From positions 79,298,001 through 79,362,000 of the forward strand of contig NC_059426.1 of assembly GCF_021028975.2 (NCBI RefSeq): a stretch of 64,000 nucleotides of DNA, given 5' to 3'. This DNA is from Sphaerodactylus townsendi. Taxonomy: Eukaryota. Made by a program: the position numbers and the translations under genes. Of this stretch, positions 23,301 to 35,300 are shown piece after piece. Below the pieces are notes generated by a model. It was given only the letters and a program-made list of their open reading frames with translations. It did no database searches and was not told the DNA's origin. Every line of letters starts with the position of its first letter. Position 1 is the stretch's first letter.

Positions 23301-26300
23301 GGGCTATTTTGCGGGATTCTAGGATATTTGATGTTTTAGAAAATAAATATTCTGTTATTTTTATTGACAATTTCTCTGGAAGATGCTGCCAGTTTTCTTG
23401 TTTAATCCGGTTCAGCTACAAAGTTGATATTGGCTGATTTTTCACAGCCAAAATGCCCTGTGGTAGATCCAGGAGTGTGCCTGCTGTGGTGCATTTTGTC
23501 CTGTGTTTGACTCTTCACTGCTCCCCAGTTCTTCCTGGGGTTCGAGGAAGGGCCGGCACATTATGCCCCAACTGTTTCTTCACAAGCCTGGTGCTTCTCC
23601 ATTTGCACCATGTGCTCTTCCGCAATGTCTTCCATGCATGCGCGGACAACCTCCATTTCCCACATTCTGATTGGCTGAATCTCCCCTTTTCCCCCCACTC
23701 GCTTTCACTATTTTAGTTTTAAACGACTCTGAACACAAAACAGGCACCCATAATCGGTGCCCTCGCCGCCTTCCCCCATCTAAAATCCTTGTGTGTGAGA
23801 GGGAATCACTATTCTACACACACCATCTGTCTAAAATCTAAATCAAAAATTCTTGTGCATGCGAGAGAACTGCCACCCTCTCTTTCACAGCGCCTGCACA
23901 TACCACTTTTCTTTCTAAAAACCAAGGTTTCTCCCTCTGTGGTTTTTTTCCACTGCAAGGGGGGAGGGTGCTGATTCTCAGTTCCTGTCCATTGGTGGGG
24001 CAGGCCAGAGCGATGAGGCAGGAAAAATGATCCCGATTCTGCTGCCGAAGAGTTTTGCACAGCAGCATAAGCCACCGGAGCAACCAAAAGGCATTTCAAA
24101 AGAACCTTAACATATTGCAGTTCTGGAAATTCATGGAGCAAAGCCAGTGCTGCAGGGTGCCACCGAGGCAAAAACATGGCAGAGATGCTACAGCATCGGG
24201 AGCTCCCGGTTGCCCCGGACTATTCTCCATGCTAACAATGGGGCATTTTTACTGTGAAAAAATGGCCATTATGGATGCTCAAGATGAAATTGTGATGGTC
24301 CTTTTCCAAATTGAAATAACCAAATTTGATTGTAAGATTTTGGTTAGGGTTTGTGTATAAATGCCACAAAATTACATAAAAACGGATGAAATAAGAAAAT
24401 CAGCAAAGGAAATAGGAATGAAAATGCTCACAATGAGTATGTATGAAACTAAAAGATATGAAAAATTATATATTTGTATATTCCTGGTTACAATGGTGTA
24501 CAGATTATAGTGCTAAACTAAATTATGGAACACTTTACTCAGTGATACTTTAATCATGTTATCATCATCCCACAGAAAAAGTGCTGTCAGCACCAATCCA
24601 TCACAAATTGACATCTCAGAAATACTTACTGAAGGATGCTTCTGCCCTGAAGGAATGGTCCAGTTGAATGACCATGATAGTATTTGTGTTCCTAGCTGTG
24701 GTAAGAAAACTAAGGGCATTGTAAAAAAAATACAGTTGGTTCTAATTGCCACATAAGGTGAGCATTCCAAACTGCTTCTAAGAAAATATGTGGTGCATTC
24801 TAAGCCCAATGTTCTTTGGAAGGATGTCAATCCAGCAAGACCAAGAAAATTGGGGAAAAAATATTGACTATCACTTTGGATAAACAATTTTTTTTTTAGT
24901 AGCAAGTCTCATTGTATTTATTGGAGCTTATTTCCAAGTAAGTATTTTTGGGATTCCCACATATGCCCTTTACAGCAAAGCTTGGAAATCTGTACATGTG
25001 ATCACTGCTGTTGCCAAAGCTTTCCCATATATACCGTCCTGCATCCCTGGGACTTTAAAATATCACTATGGCCCTGCTTTTGTAACTTATTTCTTTGAAA
25101 TGATATTTCTGATATTCTAATCCTCTTATTTTGTAGGGTGCATAGGACCAGATGGTCTACATAAACAGGTAAGGAACACATGAACTTTATAGATGAATAG
25201 AATAACACATCAGATCTTTGTAAGAGCAGACAAGTGTCTACTTAAGTGTCTACAGTCTACTCTAGACTGTGAATCTGGGACAGGAATCCAGATCACAAGA
25301 GGCAAGAGTTTAGGCAAGAGTATAAAGATACAAAAATTACAGAGGATCATTACCCACAAGGCTGCTTTGTGCTGAAAAGTACTCATTTACCATCCAGTGA
25401 CTGGACAGCTGGTCTTTTCTCCTTCAGGTAGAAGCAAGACTATAATCTTTGTTGGATGACCCAATTCAAAGCTCCATTCAGGCTGACTGTGCAATCGTTG
25501 CTTATTTGCTTTAGTGAAATGTTATTTTCTCAGTACTCATGTTATTGTGTTCACTGAATGTGCATAGCTTTGTTCTGTGATAGCTATCTACGAGTTATCT
25601 ATTTTTACCAACACCACCCCCTCATTGTCCTTCACATGCATTATGTCAAATTGTCATGGTGCTGAAAATACATGATGGCCAAAATAAATATGTTAGCACT
25701 ATCTGTTCTGCAAAATATGCTATGTCAAGCATTTTGTGGGGGGGGGGGCAGGGGGGGACCTGGGATGGTTGTTTATGGTGCCTGCATACAGTTGAGTCAG
25801 CCACCTCAATTTATCTATTTGAAAATTTGTTTCAGGCAGGTTTTTGTGCAGTTTTACATTTGGGCAGTGGCAACATTCAGCATGGTAGTTGCTACTGATG
25901 CATGCACACAATTTGCTTAGATTATATGTGTCTTCCCAGGTCATACATCATTCAAAATCAACTACACTTCAATTAACAGCATTAATCGGTGATAATCAGC
26001 ATGTTGGCACAAGTTCAGATCTTAGGATCAAGCTATATACTGAACACTTATAATCAAGAGTGTACCACCCAAAAATATCTCACACGAGGGATCATCACAT
26101 AAAGTTACATGTAATATTGACTTCTCCATATTACGGCAAAAGAAGACAAGCATTAATATTGTTACCTACGTTAAAATTGGGTTAAAATTAAAATGCTCAT
26201 TAAAGGCAGAAGATGTAAAAACTTAAAACCATTTCAAAAGAGAATTATGATACATATCTTTCCCCACTGGAATTAATAATCTCTTCAGTGACTGGATGAT

Positions 26301-29300
26301 TCAATTCCTAGAACTTCTACATAATTTAACTGACATAGAGTTGCTTCCATGTTACTTTTAATTAATTTAAATGTCCCTGTAAGCATCTAACACTTCATGC
26401 AGAAATTGGTTATACATTTTCCTCAAATTTCTTGAAAGATTCTAAGTCATTCTTAGATAGAATAACATGCATGAATGTCTGAAGTCCTACTAGAAATCTG
26501 GTGGTTAATAAAAATTGCCACAGATGGAGATTTAATTTGCCCATCAATGGATAGCTTTAGACACCGTCTTTCTTCTTAGTAGGAATAATGTTGCAGATAA
26601 GATAAAGATTGTAAAACATTTCCAATTAACAGCAGCGTATCATTTACTGACAATGTTGGGTGCTAAAGTTATAATGTAGAAAATAGTAGACGTTAGGGAA
26701 TGAAGGCTGTGACTGAAATTCTTTTCTAGAATTATTCAGTGAACTCCTACTCTTGACTACTGATCTTTTTGTTTAACATATATGCAGCTAGGAGAAATAT
26801 GGGAAAAAGATTGTCAGATCTGTACCTGCAGCAACAAAACATTGAACATTACTTGTTCACCCCACATTTGTGCAAAGTCCCCATCAATCACTTGCACAAA
26901 GGAAGGATTTTTACCTGTAGTACGTCAACATTCAAAAGACCCCTGCTGTACTGAGACAGTGTGTGGTAAGTTTTCTCAATGGGGGAATAAAGACATACAC
27001 ATTTTTAGGATTTATATATATATAATACAGATGTTACATTTCAGTACCATTTTTCTATGAATATGAAAGATAGATGATCCCAAATTTATTTCCAGAAAAA
27101 GTATTACCAGCCTGTCATAAAGATAAAGATTTCCTGTCTTCCAAAGAAGTGAATTCCCTCATTTTAGCTGTTTCTTAATTTACAGAATGTGATGTAAGGT
27201 CCTGTACTGTGCCCAAAAAGGAATGTAACCCAGGCTTCCAGTTAGTAATAGCAACTTCTGAAGATGAATGTTGTACCATTTATTCCTGTGGTGAGTACCA
27301 AATTATCATTCAGACAATTATCATTCAGGTAATTATAATTTTAAACTAGAAGCAGAACAGAAATGAGTAAATATTCTGGTTTTTATTTTTCATCAGTTTA
27401 TTTTTTTCCAAAGATTTCCATACTCTGTATCACACTGTGGATTTTGAAAATTCATCTTTATTGTGTGCACATGTTGTATAGTTTATATCCACAATAAATA
27501 AACCATGTACAAATAACATGTATATTACTCACACATATAATTTATGTGGAATGTATGAAATTTAATATTGAAGTACACTATTGGAAAGTGCAAATATTTT
27601 ACAGAAGAAAATTCAATATGAAAAAACACAAAACATCACAAAATAATCATGATTTTAATTTTTAGTTGTGTAATGAAAGCAGTAGAGATGAAAAATAAAA
27701 AAATATTTAAAATAGTATTAATTCACAGAGTTTTAATATTCTGTGGTGAATGATATAACCTATTTACTGATGATCTGGCTCAAAATGCTATTTACTTTTT
27801 TTCCACCATGGTTCGTTCCAAAACCTATACAGCAAAAAACCAAAAGGAAAAAAAATCTTCAAGCTGGCTTCCCTCCCTCTTTTCCNNNNNNNNNNNNNNN
27901 NNNNNNNNNNNNNNNNNNNNNNNNNNNNNNNNNNNNNNNNNNNNNNNNNNNNNNNNNNNNNNNNNNNNNNNNNNNNNNNNNNNNNNNNNNNNNNNNNNNN
28001 NNNNNNNNNNNNNNNNNNNNNNNNNTAGCCACCTCTCAGCGTGGGTCAGGATTTGGTTTGTGCACATGACTCAGAGGTAAAAATTGAGTAAAACATTGTT
28101 AAGGTATATTGAGTACAGCACATGCTCAATAAACAAGATAACATTTGCAATAACCACACAGTCAGTTGAGTGAAGGCAAACAGTATCAGAAAAATAGCTA
28201 AGATTAAAATAACAACATAAAACATTGGTAGTTAGCTTTAATTCCCAAACGCAAGCAAAGTGAAAGACAAAAAGGTATTGCTGATAAGCACTTGGCCGGC
28301 AGAGTCTAACAGCATGTCTCAGATAGCAGGAAGGAAAAAAAGTCAAGTTAAGAAAAGTTGAGATGTTTGTTTGAATATTGAAGGACAGTTATAAAGAAAC
28401 TACTGGTCAGGTGGCATAAGCAGACCAATCACACTCTAACGCAAATTAACAAAGACAGTTTGGTGCAAAATCATTATTGTTATCAGGTGCAAATACTTGA
28501 AAGGGGTTATTGAAGTTTTAGCCATTAAGGAAATATCCCACAGCTTGGGTGTGACCTTCAACTAAAGCAACTGCTCGGTGTTAGCTCAAATAAGCTGGAA
28601 GAAAGCTAAAAAAGACAATTTCTCCACACCTCCCTTCCCCTTCTTTTTCTCCATTTTTACACTCCTTGTTTTCCTTTTTTTGATGGACCCCCTTGAGAAA
28701 TATGTCTCCCTTCTTTCATTGGGTCTCTCACTCTCATTGCCTTGAATTTTTTATCCAGCTACAACGTGAGTAGCCCAATCCAGATGGTGGGGGGCCTCCA
28801 TGGCAGCTCTGTATGGTGTGGTAAAAGTGCCACCATACTGCCTCCAAAGGGACTTTAGATGGCAGAGAAAGGAGGAAAATTGAAAAACCTTCCTACTACC
28901 CAAAAAGCTCTATTGCACATGCAGAATAATGCATTTTCAATCCACTTTCAATGCATTTTGCAGCTGTGTGGAATAGCAAACAATTGTGAAAGTGCTTGTT
29001 GTGGGTTTTCCAGGCTGTGTAACAGACTTCTATCTGTGATACACCTCTGAAGATGCCAGCCACAGATGCAGGCAAAATGTTAGGAACAAGATCTACCAGA
29101 TTACGGCTACATCCCTGAAACCCCACAACAACCAGTTGAATCCGGCCATGAAAGCCTTGTGAAAGTGGATTGAAAGTGCATTATTCTGCATGTGCATAAG
29201 GGGCCACAGAAAAATACTATGCCACACTTTGCAGTGGTGTAAAGTCTTCAGCGATGGAGGAGGGTATTCCTGGGCTGAAACCCCAGTGGAAGCTGACTTG

Positions 29301-32300
29301 TCAGCTGCACTCTGAAGAATGCTCCCAGCTGCCCGCCCCCCCCCCCCACTGTGCCAGCATGATCTCGCATGCTGGCATATCTCCCAGGTGACAGGCACTT
29401 TCAGATTGGGCAACTGCAGAGCTGTAAGCCATCTGCACAGTAGCATCTTTGCTCTCTCCACTGGCATAGGTTTCTCTTGTGCTGGTGGGGTGGGCAAATG
29501 CACCGGCATGGGCCTCTGCTGCTCCCATCAATCCCCCCACATCTGGATTGGGCCATAAGGGTGCAACATCATTATGAAACAAGTTTTAAACTGGGATTGA
29601 TTTTATTAGTAGGGCAGAGGCCACAATAGCTGAGAACAGCTATGCCACCATGTCACCTCCAGAGGGCTTTCAAGGCAGGGCTGGGAGGCTTCAAAACAAA
29701 CAATGCCCTCCACCTTGGCTGCCTGAAAAGCCCTCCATAGGGCTGAATGGAGTGATGTCCCCCTTTTGAATGTAGAATCATGTTGTAGAAAAAAGAATAC
29801 TCCATAGTTTATAAATGTATTTTTTTCTTTTATGTTACTTACAGTACCAAAAGGCGTTTGTGTATCTAAAGGAATAGAGTATCAGGTAAGGACTGCTATA
29901 CATAGCTAGGTATGGCTTAAACTACTAACTTGTCATGAGAGAAAATTCCAAATATGATAGCATTCCATTTTTTAAGTCATCATCAAGTAAATCTATCTCT
30001 GCTATTAAAGTATCTGAACTTTATGATGCTGTGGCAATACTGTTTGAATTTACAGGTTTTCTTTAGTATATTTTCACAGATTTAAACATTTCTATTTAGC
30101 AAAATTTGTATATTCTATGTATATATCAAACACACACACACACACATACGAAAGGCCCAGAAATGTTTAATGTTGGTTGTCAACAGTCTTTCTCTGATCT
30201 CATATTACCAAGTAGAATTTCTGATTTAATCTGAATTTAACAGAATTCCCCACTCTGCTTACTTCTTTTAAGCCTGGATCAATGGTATCTTTAAATCCTT
30301 GTGAGGATTGCGTTTGTACTGAGACAAAGGATCCTGAGACCCAAATGAACCAAATTCAGTGTTCTCTTAAAAAGTGCCCAACAGAATGTCAACAGGTAAG
30401 TAGTCATTTTACTGGCAGTTTTCTGCTCAGTTGCTTGTCTTAGGTTTAAATAATCTTTCTTGCTGTCCAAATTTTGTGGCACTGTATAGATATGTTTATT
30501 AGTACCTGGCTGCTCTGCCATTATAGCTGCTCGATTCTTCTGAGAATATGGATCCAGAAAGCTACGGTAGGAAAATTTTTCCTTAACAGGCTGTTCCACC
30601 ATGGGCTGATTCTGATATTGGTATTTTATTTTATTTACCTATTTTTATCTTTCTTCCTAGTTGAGACCCACAGCATCCTACACAGTTATCCTCCATTTTA
30701 TTCTCACAACAGCCTTACTGATCTGGCTGCTGTGGGTTTTCTGGGTGGTGCTGCCATAATCTGGCAGTTTTAGCTGCTAACATTTTACCTGCATCAATGA
30801 TTGGCATCTTCAGAGGCATGCCATGATAAGATGTGTTTCTATCCATGGCACATACTAGGAGCTAAACTACCAGCCTATGACCACAAGCCCAAAAAACCCA
30901 CAATAGCCAGTTGATCCCAGCTTTTAATGATATATTAACATTACTCGTGGTTCTATTTCTTTCTTTTTCTTTTTTCTATTTTTTCCTCATTTCTCTTATT
31001 CATTCATTTGTAGTGCTGCTAACGTCCGGGTGGTGGCTGGCGTTCTCCTTAGATTACAACTGACCTCCAAGGCATAGAGATCAGTTCACCTGGAGAAAAT
31101 GGCCACTTTGGGCAGTGGATTCTATGGCATTATACCCCCCTGAAGTCCCTCCCTTCCCCAAACCCCACCTTCCTCAGGATCCACCCCCAAAACATCCAGG
31201 TATTCCCAACCCAGAGCTGACAACTCTATTTTCTGTGGATATAAAGCTCCTTCACTTGTAAATTCTTCTCCTCAGTATTCCATTGATGGGTTCTGTTGCA
31301 CATAGTGGTGTTTCACCCAGTGAAGAGAGTGGGCAACAAGTGGCACCATGGGCCATTGGAGAAAAAATAGGGCTCTGACTCAGTGCTACATGCAAGCTAA
31401 CAAAACAGTCAATGTCCTTCCTTCTTTAGGGTTTCCACTATATCCGTGAAGAAGGGAAATGCTGTGGTAAATGTGAACAGGTTGCTTGCATAGCACAGTT
31501 TTCATCTGGGACAGTGGTTGTTGAGGTATATGTTCACTTCATTTTTTATTTGCAATTTACATTTTTACTTGTTCATTTACCTTTAGGGTAGTCAATCGAA
31601 TAAGCATATATGTTTCTCTACACTTCAGAATCTGTTCTGTTGTACTAGGAATAGTATTCTTTTTTCAGTCTCATGCATGAACAATCTTTCAAATTCAGGA
31701 TTATATTGTGCTGGGTTTTTGTTTTTGTTTTTGGAAGCATGGACACATAGTTTAATAAAGCAACATCTGGTGAATAGGACATTTCTACATTCACACCTTT
31801 TTTCAAACTCTCCACCACTGACAACCAATGGTCAGCTTTTCTTTTGCTGACCAACGGAACCAACAAGAGTCATTATAGCTTCCATACATTTTTGCCAATT
31901 TTGTGTCATGTTAAGTGCCAATGGTGAAGCACCACTGTATTTATAAAAGTGGGTATTTACAAAAGTCCCTACTGCATGACCCAATTTTTTCCCATCCATG
32001 GTGAAAGAGTATTTCACATTGTAGTTATTGTTAGGTCCTCGTAGCATTCAATACCTTTTGGAAACTGGATGTTCATGCTTCTGCAAAATAATCTATTAAA
32101 ATGTTGCTAATTTTCTAATACCTACATTTCACACATGCATCTAAGCAGGTAGCTTTTAAGCTGTATGTAATCAAAACATTTTATATTCTCATTTCTGATT
32201 TGGTCCATGATATTATAGTCTAATATCTTATTATCAACTAATGCCTTAACGGTATCTGCCATATGATTCGCACTTTGTCAATGATTTATATACAACCTTT

Positions 32301-35300
32301 GTATTCTATTAAGATTTCTTTACTTTAGTTTAGGCTTATATTCAGCCCTACCCCAGCCAAATTCTGGACTCAGGATGGCTTACATGCAACAATACAATAC
32401 AATAAAATTCACCCCAAATTCACTAAATATGAAATTGAAATATGAAATTGAAAAAAACTTTGGGGCCAGTATACTTTGGGGCCAGTAATTCCAAGTAAGC
32501 TTTTAGCAGGGAGAGATCAAACAATAAGAAACAAACCAGCTTAAAAACTATCCCATCCACCCCCCATAACCTATCTTGTTCAATAAAAAGGGAGGAGGAA
32601 GAAAAAGAGGGAGAGGAGAAAAGGGGGTAGGGGTAGGGGGAAGGGGAAGCCAATCAAGATGCCTCAGCCAGAGCCCTGGCAGAACATCTCCATCTTACAT
32701 GCCCTGTGGGACTGCATTACATCCTGCAGGACCCAGGTTTCAGGCGACAGAGTGTTCCACCAGGCTGGGCCAAAACTGAAAATGCCCTCCTTGGTTGAGG
32801 TCAGTTGGATGGGCAGGGTATTTCTTCCTCCATTCCTTCTTTGAGAGGGCAGAGCCAAGGGGGCTGTAGACTGGGCCTTTTCCCAGGGCTGCTTTTTTTA
32901 CTCCATATATACCACGATGAAGATCAGAAGAGTCAATGTGAATTCCTTGTTCCTTAGTTAGCTTCCTATATGTACAATAAAGTTGTCTTCTGCATTGCAT
33001 ACATTTGGAATGCATGCAAGTCTAGCTATTGTAGCTAAGCAAATATCATATTAATTAAAGGATTGACGTTGTTACCCCCCAAAAATGCTAACACTCTCCG
33101 TTTTTAAAGAGAATTCTTCTTCAAATTGTACTTTTCTACTAGCTCATCCAGGAAGATGCCAGGGGGCATTTTTTGGTTTTCTGAACAAAATGAGCAATAG
33201 TGTTAACACCAATATATTGCAAATGTCATTAAAGACTTTTTTGTGATTGCAGAAATTTGAGAGAAAAAAATTACACAACAATGATAATTGGTTTGTAAAT
33301 GGTTTGTTTAAAAATTTGGGACACATATAGGGAAAACATGGGAAAATTATCTCCAAGGGTTTCTCCAGTTGCCTGCCAGATGTCCTGCCAAGTCTGTTGG
33401 AGGTTTGGGCCTTGAGGTTCTCCAGGCTGATAGCGCTAAGGGATTTCAATGTTCATGTGAACTCAGCCTCCTCATTTCAGGCTCCAGACAGGTCTCACCC
33501 ACCAATCAGGCTATACCCTGGATTTGATTTTTGGCATGAGAGTGGATGCGGATCTGATCTCTTTAGACAGAGTGCCATAGTCAGACTATTTTGTCCTGAA
33601 AGCCTGGCTGGGGGCTCCCTCCCTGTGTAGGTGACAAGCGGATTTATGCTTGCCCAATTGTTTTGCTCCCAATCACTGGGCCTCAGTTATAAGTATATGG
33701 ATATAAATCAAATCCACTTCAAGTTTTGGCCCAAGGAATATGTACATTGGAAGAACTGTGGCAGACAAGATACTTAATATACAGAAAGTCTCAGATTAAA
33801 CCCCTTACAGTTTTAGGGACTTGGGTAGGCTATGTTGGGAAAGACCTTTTGTTGCCCAAGGATGTAGAAAACTGATGCCAGTTAAAGGGCACTGATCTTG
33901 ATGGTCTGGATAACCATGGCAAGCTTTGCATAGGTACATTTTTATGTTAGATGCACTTGTATGGGAATTGTGTTCTTCTAAGGCCCCATGAAAATCCTAT
34001 TTATAGAGAGATGCATCAACGAAAACTCTACTTTTCCTTTTATTCAATTATTTCTATTGTTGCTCTTCATTCCTATTATCGCTGCCTTTTTCAGAATGTT
34101 CTTTTTTATTAATCAGGTGGGAGAGTTCTATAAGGATCCACGAGATAACTGTACTCGGTATACGTGCTCTAAGTTGTCAGGTCGTTTTTTTCTGAACAGC
34201 ACAATAACACCCTGCCCACTAATTGATCAGTCATATTGTGTTCCAGTAAGTATTTTTGTGACTGTGCTTTGCATTTAGCAATCAAGATAACATCTGGAGT
34301 TTATACATATCATAGCTCAGAGACCCCTGGGGTGGCATGAATAAGAAGAGCCTTGAGTAGTGAAGAAAGATGTGGTAGTAATACTTGTCAGGATGAATGT
34401 GGCTTATGACTCTCCCTCTTTTTGTGGCTATATTTCCACTGTTATTTTCTATGGAACAATTCACTAATCTTAAGAAGATTTTAAGAGGAAGCTGTAACTG
34501 CACAGTCGAACAAATTAATGGATTCTATACTGGGTTTGGAAAAGTAAAAATAAGCAGTTTTACTTTTAAAAACTAAGGTATGAAAAAAAGCATTAAAATC
34601 TGAGATATTGCTATGTTGGTTTTAAAAACAGGGAACCATTGAACCCACACCAGATGGATGCTGCCAGACGTGTAAGTATGTTGTGGTAGCTTATTAATGT
34701 AAACTTGGAGATATCTATTTGTTATGACTCTCAACATAAAAATTAATCTAGATTATCCTGATTTTGGTTCCTGGTTATCTTTGGGTGGGGCCCAGAAATG
34801 TAAGCCAAACAGAATAACAGTGTTTGCTCTGGTATCCCTGTGTTACATTAGAATAAAACAGTCTGTTCTTGGATTGCTTCCACCCTGTTGCTTTAGTTCT
34901 CACTAGTGCTGCTACTATCTGCATGCTTGGGTCTGATAAAAATACAGCCTGAATTTTGCACCAGACTTCACCATCCTTTGAAAAATTCCTAAAGATGGTC
35001 ATATATGTTTCAGCAAAATTATTCCAAGTCATAAGAGCCACACCTTTTTATCATAAGAAAAGGCTTTAACTGCAATTATATTGTGTTCTGGGTGTTAGGC
35101 CATTTCCGCACGGCCACGGTGGGGGTTGGGTCGGCGTACATGATGCCGACCCAACCCCCTTGGGACCGTTTGCACGAACAGTCGCAGAAACTACCGGGAC
35201 GACGGCACCACACCGCATTATCGCCCGATCGACCTACCTTTTCTGCGACCGTCCGGCGTGTCGCCAAGGCCAGGGGACACACACCCTGCCCTGCGCAACC

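Larger units (their letters stand above)
28772..29554. mobile_element. non-autonomous TIR element hosting nested insertions
   Basis: terminal inverted repeats gcccaatccagatg...ggggg / ccccccacatctggattgggc. Confidence 0.65.

Noticed and set aside
27886-28025. Assembly gap possibly hiding an exon or PTS domain
   Set aside because: Flanking exons P and Q join seamlessly (CCTIYSC-VPKGVC), and a PTS domain would lie before D4, not here.
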